The notes under the pieces were generated by a model. It ran no database searches. It saw nothing but the letters and a program-made list of their open reading frames with translations, and was not told the origin of the DNA. Position numbers and translations under genes: made by a program. Of a stretch of 64,000 bases of DNA, positions 1-14,400 are shown one piece after another (positions within the stretch are counted from its first letter, which is position 1; each line of letters begins with the position of its first letter). Location of the stretch: contig CM119268.1 of the NCBI GenBank assembly GCA_051294375.1, positions 6,799,731-6,863,730 of the forward strand, written 5' to 3'. This DNA comes from Paraspadella gotoi (Eukaryota; Animalia; Chaetognatha).

Positions 1-152
1 AAGAAATAAATAAAGCGAGAGAGTAATTAAGAAAGAAAGAATAAAAGAATGAAATAATTAAATAAAGAGGAAAACATAAAGTTTGCTAAAACAGTCATCG
101 CATTATAACTTTACGTAAATACCCAAATTACGCGGTCGGCAATTTCACATAA

Positions 153-188
<36 letters not shown>

Positions 189-395
189 AAGAAATCCTAA
201 TATTTGGCTAAATAAGAAAAGCGAGCGGCTCCTGCAAAAGGATGGGGGCAGTTTTATAACTCAAATGATTTAGACGGAAAACAAAGAGGAAAAGAAAAAA
301 GAAGGATAAATATAAGGAGTCAGAAGAATCAATGACAGAAAGAATAAACAAAACCAAGTGTTCGGTGAAGTGAGCGAGTGAATATCTCTCTCTCT
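1..395. repeat. Segment duplicated at ~5840-6260, probably assembly redundancy across a 25-N gap
   Basis: The same text (aaattacgcggtcggcaatttcacataaaggatgat...gagcggctcctgcaaaaggatgggggcagttttataac...ttcggtgaagtgagcgagtgaa) recurs at ~5970-6240 with many 1-nt insertions. The first copy ends at the 25-N gap 396-420. Confidence 0.85.
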
Positions 396-3300
396 NNNNN
401 NNNNNNNNNNNNNNNNNNNNAAAAAGGAGAGAAGATAATACGCCTACTGTTTTTACACATTACATTTAATTGTATTCAATGCGGGTAAACTTAATTCAAG
501 TTAAAATAATTTATATATTTCATGAATTGTATTCTATATTGAAGTTCGTTCTCTGAATTTTGTATTATTTTATGTATTATAATTGGATGATCTTTCCTAG
601 TAACGAGGGATTAGTTTCGCGGCGGCCACAGTGGTCACAATGTGTCGCTGTGTCATGGAGGAACTACGAGTTCAGATCATAGGACGAAGAAATCGACGAA
701 TGGCGTCGTTCTCGTCGTCCTCTTCTAGGGGCAGCTTTCTGTAGATCAGTCCAAAGGTCTAAAAGCTTTTTTTTTCGGACAGTCGCGGTGCTAACGAGAG
801 GCGGTACCATTATATGTCTAGTGGTGAGCGTCTTCTGTAGAGCGTAGCGCGTCAAAAGGGCGGTTACCACAAGATGCTCGAAGAGGGCTGTCTTGAGGAA
901 GGTCGGCGTGGGATAATGAAGGGGAGGCGTGATTGCAAGGCTTGTACGTCGCGCAGTGATGCGCGAGAGGAATAGTACGATCGAACGAACGACGAAGACG
1001 TAACGACGATGATGATGGCTGAAAAAATATCATCTTTGGTTGATTGATCATAGATTGCGTAAAAAAACAGATGAGACCGTTACGTTATCTGACGCCGACG
1101 ACGATAGCGACGTACAATAGTCTAGACGGACTATTGGACAAGAGTCGAATGAGCCTTAAAAAGGGTATTTTTTCCTTAGAAAAAAAGGAGATAGCAACGG
1201 CGAACGATGACAGCGATCGATGAAGACGAACAACGACGAAAACGAAGACGAAAGATGAAGAGGAAGAAGGAGGAAAATAGGGGAGGAGAGTGATTCACGA
1301 AAACGAAGGGTAAATTTACTGGTTTCTTTCCACGGAAAATAAATTGTTTCACTTTCTCCGTGAATGCTGCTTGACTGTCTTGCAAGTATGGTCATTTACT
1401 TCAGAATCGCTTTTCCTGACTTCGCCTGTAGTCGCGGGGGCTGTGGCGTGGGGCGGCCCGCGGAAAAGTGGCCCCGCGGGCGTCCGCCCCGAGGGGCAGG
1501 CAAATCTTTATTCGCCTGGGGGCGGCCCGCCGTGGTAGCCTCTTTTTTGGGCGCTCCAAGAGGCCACTGCCAGGGGGAAATTCTCCGGGTGTCTATGATA
1601 TATTATATCTTTCCCCCGGGGCCATGCACCCAGGGGGATGGATTTTCTTCTGCCCCCTGGCACGGCTCGTCTCTCCCTCCTATCTCTATCTCTCTCTCCT
1701 CTCTCTCTCCCTTTCTCTCCTCCCTCTTGTGTTTTCTTCTCTCTCTCTTTCTTCTATCTATTTTTTTATCTTCATTACATAATAAAATATAAAAAATTAA
1801 ATATTTTCCACTTTCTTATTTAATTTCAATGTCAATTTTGGTAGTTTCCATAGCTGTACGGCAATACCAACTTGCATATTATTTGGTCAACTTACATAAT
1901 TTATCAAATTGTACATATATTGGTCACCTGACATAATTGGTCATTAATAATATATTTAGTCTAACTCTTTAGAATTTGGTAAACTCTTTATAGATTTGGT
2001 AAACTTTGTATTTGGTTAACTTCTTCACAAATTTTGGTCAACAACGTAGTTCATCATAGGCAATCTCACAAACTGATGAATTAATTAGTTATTACAAATC
2101 CTAAATGAAAATAATTTTTATTTTGCACGATGTGAAATAATATTGTATCATGAATTTAATAGAAATCTTGATAACATAAGTTCTTTTTTATTATATTTTT
2201 TGTGGGGCTCCATACATTCCCACTAATATGGTGGGTGCTGTCTCTCTATTATTAGTTTGGTGATTATTTAATTCTTTTTTGAACATCAAATTTACTTGAA
2301 TATTTTATTTTATAAAAATTCAGTTGTTCTCTATGGCATGTCATCTGTATGTGCGATGCCTAACAAACAAAAAAATGGAATAATTAAAATTTAAAAAATA
2401 AGAAAAAAAAAGGGGACACGATTGACTGATTACGCTTTTTACGCACTAAAGCTTTTTTTGGCCTCAACGTGTGCCTATCGATTGGTTTGCCTGCAAACTG
2501 TTTCTTTATCTTTTAATATAATAATATTGGGGTTATAAAAATACAAATAATTATAAATTTTTTAGAATAAAATAAGGAATAAACAAATTAACAATTTATA
2601 TTTTGAATGTAAAACTTATGTAATATTTAATTCAGTTTTACATGAATTTACAAGTCTTGAAAGGAAAGAAAAGCATAAATTTAGAGAGAGAGAAAAGAGA
2701 GAGATGATATATAATATAAAGAAAGAGAGAATGAAGAAAAAGAGAGAAAAAGAGTATAGATTGTAGTATATAGTAGATAAGAGAGAGAGGAGAAAAAAAA
2801 GTAGACGAGAAAGACGAGAGAAGAGAGAGACAAGTAACCAGATAGGGAGAGATATTTTCCCCCTTACCGAGAAAAAAAAACAATTTAATAAACCCATAAC
2901 CAAAACAATTTAATAAAGTCTCCAGAAACGTTATATTTTGTCATCTTAAACTTTGCTCTCTCCTAACTCGCCCTGGGGGATGCATGTTGTGCTCTCGTAT
3001 ATGGTTACTCCCAGGGGCACCAGAACTCTTTTTTGGCCCGCGAGGGGGCCTAAGCCATTACGGGGCGCCCCTACATAAGACGCGCTCAAAATGCTTGGCC
3101 CCCAGGGGAACACTCCCTGGGCGGGCGCCCGCTGAGGCATCGCAGAGAGGGCGACCCCCTGCAATGACCCATTTTTACTTGCTCCCCGCTGGAATAGCCT
3201 CTGCCCCCTGGGGGCTGTCGCCCCTTTAGAGCCACCCCCGGGGGGCGGAAGGATTTGGAGAATGATCATATCTTCGCGGATCTGTACGGTACTTGTTCGT

Positions 3301-4227
3301 CGCCTGGCAGAAAAATGATTCACCTAACAGAGCTGGTAACGCATTCTGGATCAGTGTCTCAGCTAGCAGGTGGTGTCCGCTTACGGTTTTATTTGCATTG
3401 GTTGTTGTTGTTTTCTTTTCATTGTTATTGTTGCTAATTCCTTTTAAAATATTATTATTAATAAGTTTTCCCGCTCTTTCGCGACTGTGATTTTTTTTTA
3501 AAATTTTAACTGCTTGTTACGACAAACATATTTTATTAGTTAATACATTTGTTTTGTTATTATTATTATTATTATTTACGTTTTTGTTCTTTGCAGTTAT
3601 AACGAGCGTGTTTTGTTGACGCTTTTGTCTGCATTTGTTCCTCGGCGTTTGTAGTATCTTTTCCTATTTTTTTTTTTTTTCGTCCTGAACTCTCGGGCCG
3701 GTTCGCGCCAGCTCCTTCTTGCTGTGCTGCTGGATTCGAAATCATCTGATATGTTTGCTGCTCGCTGGCTGTGCGATTCGTCTCTCGAGCTCAATATGTA
3801 CGTCGCGGCGCGCGCGTCTGCATCCAACGAATCGCAAGCGACGGTTGCACCATGGATTCGAGGCTCAATAGGCCGCCTCGCCTCTCGCCCTCAATAACTA
3901 GGGGAATATTCTATGACCCTGGCGCCCCGCTCGGTTTTTGTAAGCGTGAGCACCATGAAACAACTCACGCGTGATAAATGTCGTTAATGAAATTTCATTT
4001 TTGTATTGAATCAATTTGTAATCGCGAGTGAAGATTAAGTAAGAACTGCATGCTAATGCAGGGGGAAAAAAGTATTGTGGCAAAACATTAATTATTTCGT
4101 TTAATGTAACAGTGACCTGTAATAATAAATTCGCGCTATATAACCTAAAAAACTACTTGTGCGAAAACTATAATCGTTAAAAACTCAGCGGAATTTGACG
4201 GAAATGCATATTCAACTCTGAAGAAGC

Positions 4228-4345
4228 GACACCATCTGGCAGTAACAGGTGGGCGACCTGGGGCGGAGCGAGTAAATGCTGACCGTCAGGGGGCGTGGCA
4301 AATGACCCGGCCAATGTAAAAGAGGCGCGCGCAAAAGAGGCATGG
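4228..4345 (+). promoter_or_regulatory. Promoter-like motif cluster (GC boxes, CCAAT, CTCF-like site)
   Basis: GGGGCGGAG (~4260), CCGTCAGGGGGCGTGGC (~4283), GGCCAAT (~4309) and GGCGCGCGCAAA (~4324) lie within ~100 bp of an otherwise AT-rich region. No downstream gene identified. Confidence 0.3.
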
Positions 4346-4836
4346 CAATCTCTTTATATCTCCCCTATTAATGCCTGCCGATGAAACAAACAAAGCAACA
4401 ACGACGTAACGACGACGACGACTTAATTTGGAAAGTCGTAATCACAAAAAACTTCGTAGACGAATCAGCGTCAAATCAACTAACAAACAGCAGATAAAGA
4501 GAAGATATGAGACAGGAGGTTCACCTCGATCCATTTTCTGCTGTTTCGTGTTTTTCGATTCGCAATCCATGAAAAATGAAAAAGGACCGCCAAAAAAAGG
4601 AGACGATTTTGCTCATGTCGGGGACTCTGATTGACGCTCGTGCGGTGGGTTCGTCTGTCGTCGTCTCGTGCGCCGTCGTCGTCGTCGTCGCTCGTCGTCG
4701 TCGGCGTCAGGCGTCGGCGTCGGCGGTCCTTTCCCGTTTTAAAAACAATGAACAAGCTAGAAAAACATTAAGACTTTAAGAGGCCTCGGAAAATCGTCGT
4801 CAAATCGTTGCGGCCATAAATTCTATAGTAATACAA

Positions 4837-5700
4837 GGAAAAATATGTGACGACAAAAAAATTGAGGCGAGAGGGGAATATCAGCGAAAGAATAGAAAGA
4901 AAGAAAAACGATAGAGGAAAGGAAAAATAAAGAAAGAAAGAAAGGAAAATATGTTGACGGACGAGAAAGAAATGAGCGAGAGGGGATACGAAAGAAATGA
5001 AAGAGAAAAAATATAAAGAGAATAAAAAAAAAGAAAGGAAATATATGTGACGGACGAGGATGAGCGAGAGGGGAAATACGAGAAAGAAGAAAGAAGAAAA
5101 GATAGAGAAGGAATAAAGAAAGAAGAAAGGAAAAAATATGTGGGACGGACCGAGAAAGAAATGAGCGACGAGGGGAAATACCGAAAGATAAGAAAGAAAG
5201 AAAAAAGATAGAGTAGTAGGAATTAGAAGAATAGAAAGAAAGGATAAAATATTGTGAGCGGACGAGAAGAAATGAGGCGAGAGGGGAAATCAGCGAAAGA
5301 AAGAAAGAAAGAAAAAGATAGAGAAAGCGAAATAAGCAGTAAAGAAAGAAAGGAAAAATATGTGGACGGACGAGAAAGAAATGAGCGGAGGGAAATTAAC
5401 GAAGAAAGAAAGAAAGAAAAAGAATAGAGAAAGGATAAAGAAAGAAAGAAGGAAAAATATGTGCGCGACGAGAGATGAGCGAGAGGGGAAATACGAAAGA
5501 AAAAGAAAGAAAGAAAAAGAATAGTTAGATAACGAATAAGTAGAAAAGAAGAGATGAAGGAAAAATATGTGACGGACGATGAAAGAAATGAGTCGTATGA
5601 GGGGAAATACGCAAAGAAAGAAAGAAAGAAAAAAAAAAAAAAGGATAGAGAAAGAAAAGAATAAAAAAAAGAAGAAAGAAAAGAAAAGAGAGATAAAATT
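4837..5700. repeat. Degenerate purine-rich tandem repeat, ~100-110 bp unit, ~8 copies
   Basis: The core ggaaaaatatgtgacggacgagaaagaaatgagcgagaggggaaatacg recurs near 4837, 4944, 5037, 5129, 5242, 5352, 5450 and 5558. Confidence 0.85.
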
Positions 5701-6765
5701 GAGAAGCCAAAAAGACATGAGAGGAATAGAAAAAGATGATATAAAGTAAGAAATCAATAGAAGAACTAAAAAGAAAGAAAGCTAGAGAAAATCAAAGAAA
5801 AACGAAATTGAAGAAAGAAGATAATGAGAACAAATATGTAGGAATAAGAAAGAAAGTAAATATAAAGAATTTGAAATAATTAAATTATAATAGAGGAAAC
5901 TTATAAAAGTTTGCTAACGTACAGTCTATTCTGCATTGTTTATAACTTAGTGTCGTTTAAATTCACCCTAAATTACGCGGTCCGGCAATTTCAGCATAAA
6001 GGATGATGGATGATGATGATGAATAGATGATGATATTAAAAATCCTAGATATTTGGCTAATTATAGTAAAAGGCGAGCGGCTCCTGCAAAAAGGATGGGG
6101 GGCAGTTTTATAACGCTTCAACATGATCTTTAGACGGAAAACAAAGAGGAAAAGAATAAAATGAAGGATAAATATAAGAGTCAAGATAGATTGACGAAAG
6201 ATAACAAACGCAAGTGGGTTCGGTGAAGTGAGCGAGTGAAGATATCTTCTCTGCGGTCTCAATCTTCTCTCTCTTCTCTCTCTCTCTCTCTCTCCTCTCT
6301 CCTTCTCTCGTCTCTCTCTGGCATCCTTCTCTCTCGTCTCTTTCTTTCTCTCTCTCTTCCTCTCTCTCTTGTCGCGCGCAATTTAAGCGGGTAATTTAGA
6401 TACCGTGCGGAATAACGATAAAACGAAACAAAAAGAAAATTGAGAGATTTATATCAAAAATAATTAAATGAATTAAAGGAACAAAAAAGGTAAAAAACAA
6501 TAAATTGAACATACAGAAAAAAAAAGAAACATTATCGTTGTTCAAAGGGACCATTGTTGGTTTGTAACATATTTTCAAAGAAATTAGTATATTTTCAAGA
6601 AATTAGAAATTATTATTAAGCAAATCGTACTACTTGGATTTACAAGTGTTTTTTTATTTATTTTTTTGGGTCAAGTTTTCAATTCAAATTTAAGCTAGCG
6701 TAGAGTCAATATTATATTGTAAATCGGATGTTGATATTGATATAATAATAAAATGATAAAAAAAA

Positions 6766-6910
6766 AGTAAAGAAAAGAAAAGAAAAGAAAAGAAAAGAAA
6801 AGAAAAGAAAAGAAAAGAGAAAAAAAGAAAAGAAAAGAAAAGAAAAGAAAAGAAACCTAAAGAAAAGAAAAGAAAAGAGAAAAAAAGAAAAAGAAAAAGA
6901 AAAAGAAAAG
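6766..6910. repeat. (AAAAG)n microsatellite
   Basis: Directly visible pentanucleotide run. Confidence 0.95.
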
Positions 6911-9900
6911 CCCGCTCCACTCACTCAAATCGCTAAAGATAAGTTGACGTTTTAGAAAATAAAGTGCGACTCGAGACTAAATTGAGAAAAATGGCCTCAC
7001 GTCTCTCGTTAGTCCACGATTTGTAAACAAACAATCGATTAACTATTTTTTTTCGGCGTCGATGCAAATTCGACGACGACAACGACGACGACGACGATTA
7101 AGACGATGACGACCACGACGACTACTGAATACTTGAATACTACGAACTCAAAACTATACATATTACATAAAATACTAATTACAGATTAACAAATGCAATT
7201 ATTTACCCAATTTCATAGGACCAAGACATCGATGACTCCAACGACGACTATGACGACGACGCAACTAAATTCCCAGAAAAACGACTTCGTCTCGTCAAGG
7301 TCGTTGATGACGACGACGACGACGACGATGACAACGATGATGCCAGCCTCTAATCTCCGGGTATGACTAAGCGACCCGCACGGGCTGGGCGAGAGATAGA
7401 GAGAGAGAGAGACGAAGAAAGAGCGAGAGTGAGTGGAAAAGGGAGGGGGGAGTTTCGAAGATAATATTTCCCTGGACGTCATTTTTGTTCCTTATTCATT
7501 TGTTTTTTTTATTACCTTGGATGTTTACTTAAGATGTCGCGTTTCGATTTCATCTGCCATTAATGGCGTCCGTTTACTATCGTTCGATTGAGTCGGGTTA
7601 TTGTGAGATGAGGGAAGACGAGAAAGAGAGAGAGAGAGGCTCGGGAATTGTTGTTACTTGGTATCCAATGGTTTGTTGATATTATTTTTCAACCTTTATA
7701 ATTTTAACATCATCTAAAATTAAGTTTGAAATCTTGTTCGGAGATTTTCCTTTCTTTTNNNNNNNNNNNNNNNNNNNNNNNNNGTAAAACTTCCGTCTGA
7801 ATAATTTTCTTTAAAATTGAAATTAATTAATAATAAATATCTATACCATTAATTACTATATGCATCGCATTTCCAAACCTCTAACAAAAAAAAGAAAAGC
7901 TCCCAAGTCATTTGTAAAAGCGGATTTAGGGCGATGATTCGAGAGAATTCGTGCGACAGTGATTTAGTAATCCGAGATCCTCAAGAAATGATTTAAAGCG
8001 GAAGAGAAATGGTCAAAAAAGGTAGACTGGGTTCAAAAAGGTCGGACGAGGGAGCGACAGAAAAAGAATGTCGGAGGGAAAGGGACGGTATGGGGAATCA
8101 AGGAACGGGAAAGGAACCACGAGAGCAATGATCAAGAGCAATGATGGATTTTTGAAGAGAGAAAAAGATGAGGATTCGGAATGAAGATGATGAGGAAGAA
8201 GGAAAAAAAGTAGAGGAAAGGAAAACATAAGACAATGAGAGAAGGAAAGAATAGGGAATGAGGAACTGAAAGGATTCAGTTTATGGATAAAGAAAAACAC
8301 TCAATAAAGTATACTTCTGAAGGGAAAAGTGGATCTAAAACTAAAAAAAAGGAGGAACACCTATTGCGCAGGATGAGTTATAAAAAAAATTCGAGAAGAT
8401 GTTTGAAATAAAAAATCTCCACTGACACATCTTCTCTTAGATATAAACGATCGAACAAATTCGAAGGCTCGGGGATAAAAAAAATAAAAGAAAAAAAACA
8501 AGAGGAGAGTCGAACGATGGGGACAACCAGAAATAAAGAAAAAAAAACGGGAATAAAAGAAGAAAGTAAAAAAAGACAACAATAAGTCAATAAAAAGGCC
8601 GAAAAAAGAGATAGAGAGGGAAAGAGGAGAGGGAGCCAAAAGCGAAGGGCTATGCGGGATACAACGCGCGGGGAATGGATTTTTGTGAGGAAGGCCGTTG
8701 AGACTTAAAAGAGATTGAGATCGAAGCCGAGTTCGTAGGAAGAAGAGGAAGAGGAGCGGAGGTGAGGTAAGAAAGGATCGAGCCGTTCAAGGCGTTGACG
8801 GAGAAATGCATGATGATGGTTCAGATGATGGCAACACTGCGTTAACTGAGGTCGGATTGAAACGAAAGTATAGAGTTGAAAAGTCACGTAGGAAAAATCT
8901 AATAGTCAACTTTGTTATGACACCAGTTAATGTTAATACAAAAAAAATAGCATAATTTAATGTTTTTTTTTGAATTTTTGCACAGTTAACGGGATCCCCG
9001 GCGTAGACCTTATGTACACAAGCAGTAACTATCTCGCTTAAGAAATCCTGTAATTATACACAATAATTTTGATGGCAGATATGAATTCTCTCGATGCGGT
9101 CAAAAGTTAATGCAAAAGAATTGAATAATTTTTTAAATCATTCTTCGCGTCCATTGTAGTAAGGTTGAAAAAAATTTTAAAAAATTATACACAATATGTT
9201 ATAAACAATGACTTAAAATCTAATTCGATAAGCCATCCGCAAAATAATTATTGCAGCCTTAAAAGTCATAAAGTTTTTTTTCTATTTTATTTCTTCGTTT
9301 CTCTTAAAACGAAATATTGATTGATCATATCTTCTCTACTCTACTCAAACCACGCACCATCAGATCCTCTTCCAAGCTTATTAATTATTTTTTAAATCAC
9401 GTTGAAAATTATGTAAGCCTTTTCCATGAACTCTGACTCCGAAGTTCAAATGACGAAGATAAAAAGAAGAAAGAAGATAAAAACGTAAAGAAGAAAGAAA
9501 AAAAAGATGGTTGAGATTAGGATGTTTGTTCGCGGTTCATTTGAGAGACCGTATTACGAGGAGGAAAGCGGGGGGAAGAGGTGGACGACGGGAGGAAAGT
9601 AAGGTGGATTAGGGAAGGTGCCGTAGGGGTAGAAAGGAGGGTAAGTATTGTTGTTTATTAACTGTAGTGTCAGAAGAGAACCTTTTAATTGGCTCGAGAA
9701 GCCGGTAACGGTAATGGAGAAATGAAGGTGACGAGTCGGACGAAAGGTCAAGAGATACCAGTAGAGAGGAGAAGATCCTTAATAAAAAAGAGCAAGAGAA
9801 CAGCTGAGGGAGAACAGCAGAAGATGAGTAGAGTGGGAAAATGGAAGGCGAAGAGATGGCCAGAGAGAGAAGAGTAGAAGAGATAACGAAGGACTGTAGT

Positions 9901-10534
9901 AAGAAGATGGCTCACAGATTGAGATGTTGAAGTATATTAAGGTTGAAGGAGAGAGAGAGAGAGACCACGCGGCAGAATGATGTTATCGATGCGGTTTGTC
10001 TCTATTTCAATCTTTCAGATTCCATCACCATATCTCTTTTCCATTTGATTCCACGATTTATTCCATTTCAATTCCATCTAAAATCCCTTCATTTTCCGTT
10101 TCTCTCTTTTGATCCGATTTTCTCACGCGCGTCGACTTTATTTATCTTTGTTTACTTTCATCTTCTTCCAATTTTTTTATATCTTATCTCGACTTTTTCA
10201 GTTTTAAAAAGCGGAAATTCGCAGAAGGAATTTCTACGTTGAAGCTGTCAAACGATCGATAATCGAATAGAGTTACAATCAGTTACTTCATGATGAATTA
10301 ATGATTAACCAAATTGATAAATAATAAACAAATTAACCAATCAATCGATCGATGAATCCCTCCATCTTTCTATTCATTCATTAATCAATAATAATTCAAT
10401 CAATTTTTAATCAATTTTTAATCGCCCCTTGTTAACTCGAATTCCTACTTTTAATGACTTTTTTTTCAGCCTTGTTTAATTAAACAACAAAATCGCGGGA
10501 AAAATGTTGAGAATAACAAGGAAAGTCGTCGAAA

Positions 10535-10576
<42 letters not shown>

Positions 10577-10861
10577 CAACGGGTGCTACTCAAAGACTCG
10601 TCGCCGACCCTCGCTTCTTCAAATAGTTTCCGTCTCATGGGAAAACCCTTCCTCTTTGTCGTTGTTGTTGTCGTCGTCGCCGTCGCCCCGCGTTTCCCAC
10701 GTGTTGCGTTTTTGTAGCGGTTTTCTCCGGTCGTCGTCGTCGTCGTTGTTTGTCTTCGTGCTCGAGAGGCGCGCGGGAGGAAAGGGTCGGGAGGGAGAGG
10801 GTCAAAAACCAAAGTCGGGAGAATCAACAGATGCCCGAGTTGGGAACAGAGAGGGAGACGC

Positions 10862-10914
<53 letters not shown>

Positions 10915-11410
10915 TTACGTAGTAGTACGTAGTAGTTAGTAAAAGGCATAGAAATTAAATAATCTAAAGAAGTCGACTGCAGTGAAAAATCTTCTGTCTG
11001 CAAGTTTGTCGCAGTTTTATCTTTAATGCGGTGTGTCTTTTGTTTTTTTAGTTTTAGTTCCCACGGCAAAGGTGGCGTCTGATTCTTGTAAAAATTCAAA
11101 ACAAATGCCGTGCCAAAACTCGAAAAAGTTTGAACGTGGCTTTTCAGTCAGGCCTTTTTAGGCTTTTTAAAATTTCGAATTCATTTCGGTTGTTAAGTTA
11201 ATTGTTTTGGCTCATTATTTTCTTTCCCTCTCAGTTCCAAGCAAACATAAGCAGCATGGATATTTATTAAGTATCAGGTTGACGTACGTTACAACTGTGG
11301 GATTTGTAAAATAATGAACAATGGAAAAAAAAAGGCATTTTTTATAAAGTTTTCTTGTCTGATTCGAATCCAAACTCGTGTATATTTGAATTTTCTCCTC
11401 TCTTTCTTTC

Positions 11411-14400
11411 TCATCCTCCCCTCCACCAAATCCTCTTCCTCCATCTCTTCATCTCATCCAAAAAGGATTTCCTGAAGAATCTCCCGATGATGATGAAGAT
11501 GAAGAAGTTGAGGGAGGAGTTGNNNNNNNNNNNNNNNNNNNNNNNNNTAGGACGAGGAAGAAGTCGTCGAGACACACGAGCACTCGAACCTGAGGAAGAG
11601 ACGAATGTGAACATCGCGCTTTGTCCGTCTGTCTGACTGTCTGTCGCTTTGTGTCGGTCTGCTTCTCTGTCTGTCTGCCATTCTTAACTGTTCAGTGTTT
11701 CTGTGTTTCAGTCTGTCATCCATCCACCAGTGTGTCTATCCTCCTCTCTCAATGTCTCTTTATCTGTTCGTCTGTATAGTAATCTGCTTTTAGCGTCCGG
11801 TCTGCCTGCGACTGCCTTTCGTCCGTTCATGCCGTCTTTAGTTTGTCCGTATATCTTCAGTCCGTCAGTCCGTCTCCTAGTCTCTCGGCCTGTTGTTGCT
11901 TTGTCTAGATTTGTTGATTCATTTGCCTCGGCAGACAATCTATCTATCGGTCCGTCAGCCCGTCTGTCTGTTTGCCGTCAGTCCGATTTTCTGTCTGCAT
12001 GTCAGTCAGCCCGTCTTTCTCTCTGTCTGTCTAATCTGTCATTCTCCCTTCACCGTCGATCATGTTCCAGAATGCAGACGAGATGAACAGGAACGGAAGA
12101 TGAGCAGACGCGAAGACGACGACGGGGCGAGGACGAGACGTTCCATGGGCGCCACGTCGACGACCACGCCGCCGCCGCCACCCCGCCGCGGCTGCCACCA
12201 GCCGCCCCGCCACCACCGCCGCGGCTGCCACAGCCGTTACGCCTCCACCGCCGCGGCTGCCACAGCCGTTTGACGCCTTCAGCGCATCGGTTTCGTCGCG
12301 ATCCACCGGTTCTTTTTTCCGAGCTTTTCGCCAGATGGCAGCTGTAGTCGACGATGTCGTTTTTGTTTTTTCTATTTGAGGATGAGTTGTATTTGGAGAG
12401 AGTCAGTCTTTGTGACGTTGCGTCGTCGGTCGTCGTCGTGTCCGTGGTATTGAGGAAAAAAACAGTCGTCTGAACACAATTCGGATATCGTTTCAGTTTG
12501 CGACTGAACCGTGTATTGTAGGGACCATCGTTTTGCTTCCAGCGTTTATAATATTCGTAGAAATATGGTCGACCGATGGAGACTCCTTATAATTATCTAA
12601 TTTGGTAAAGTTATTTGATTTATTAATGTCTGTAATTCGTCACTCGAACTCGATTGACTTTGGATAACTTGTCGTTGAGATTTACATCATCTACCGGCGC
12701 TATCCCGTTAAGATTCAGTTCTAATCCCTTGAGTTCTTATTGAGATTTATTTTAATATACTTGACTTTATATCGTCTTTCGGTTCAATAACTAGAGACAT
12801 TAGCGCGCGTTTACGTTGAGCAACGCGCGATTTTGCCTCTAGAATTTTTTTCAATTGCTAGATTTGGAGCTAAGATTATTTCCTTAACCCGAGATTTGTG
12901 GAAGAGATTTGGTTTAACGTCGAAGAGATTTGGCGTCGAGTTCGAATCGACTTTTCGAGATTCGAGGAAAGTCTCGATCTCAGTTGACGACCGAGTCCTA
13001 TGTTGTCTGACGACGACGATAGTAGAACTGACTACGACGATTGCAAGAGTCACGCCAGACTGAGGGAAGAGAGAGAATAGGGTGAGAGAGAAAAAGGAGA
13101 ATGGAGGGGAAGCGGGATGGGAGATGGCACAGAGGGGAATTAAGGATTGTAGTAAATTGAGAATTGCACGGGGAAATAAGTTCTCAAGTACTAGCAAATA
13201 TCAAAATATGCAAGATATGGAAGATCAAGCTTGACCAACAGCAATGACGATCTAAAAACAGAACATAGAGGATTATTCCGGTCAATCGGTGCGACAAGCC
13301 CAGCTGATCGCGGTATTAAAACTCACCCAAAACTCTGGCCAAAAGATCAACGACCTCAACTCACCCTAACTCACCCAAGAAGAGATGAAGATGACGATGC
13401 GTTTTTCCGATTCCTCGAAGGACGTTTGACGACGACGACGACGAAGACGATAAAGAAGACGACGGGCGTCACGACGCCGACGATCAGCGTCTCCTTCAAG
13501 TGACTGCATTCGCTGCGACGTAACTCCGTTGGATCCTGAGTGGGGCGTGGCTGCTTTTTAAGTTCTCGGTTTTGAAAGTCAATATATGATAAGTGTGTAG
13601 TGGTGCTATGTACAAAATGTAAAATTACAATAAAACAAATCCTGCAAATAATTATTAGCTAATCTCAGTGGATGATATGATAAGGGACCATCCCATCTGT
13701 GAATTGCGGTTTTAATACCGACTCTCCAACGCTGCTTTGCAAAGAGCGAGCGTGCTAAATAGGTTATGAAAGCGCCAGTGACATTCGGTGCAAATCGGTG
13801 AAATACCCCCGCTCTGGGAATCACGGCAAGTCCTGCCCTGCCATTACGATTCCTGTGTACTACGTAATCTTGAATCCTAGCTGGAAATACGTTTTAAAAC
13901 TATGACCTCGGATTACTACTATAAAAATGACGACGACTGTATCAGCGTCGTACACACACAATCAGTCCAAATCTATGAGCGCAAAAAAACGTCGCCACGT
14001 CCACTGACCGCGCGCGATGCCATGAACATTGCTCTCGCTCGCTTGACGGCGATGAACGCCGTCAAGAATCGCCGACGCCAACGAAGACTAGAGTAAAGAT
14101 GGAAGAACGATGCCTGCGTCGCGCTCGCCACCAGGTAGTGCTGGACGTAGAGGACGCCGGGAGGCGAGACGGCGATTGGATTCGACGCCGGAAGTTCGAG
14201 GAGTCGTGGCGGCGACGGGGGCGGCGTCCGATTCCGAATCGCAGGAGAAAGTTCGTTCAAATCTTTCAGATTTTTGTGCGGAGAAGATTTGAGAAAGTAA
14301 TGAGGAGGAAGGGGGGGATGATTAAAAGATTAATGGTTAATTGAATAATGATTATTAATTAATGATTAAAGACAAGTTAGCTAGGTTACTATTGGTGCGG

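Noticed and set aside
600-1340. Coding-like GC-richer stretch (also 3600-3960)
   Set aside because: No recognisable motif in any frame, and the region appears to be unpolished read sequence.
5290-10922. Numerous Phe/Ser/Leu-rich, ER-repeat or poly-Val/Thr ORFs (also at 39-42 kb and 56.9-62.3 kb)
   Set aside because: They are translations of GA, AAAG and ACG microsatellites, with no domain motifs or consistent splice structure.
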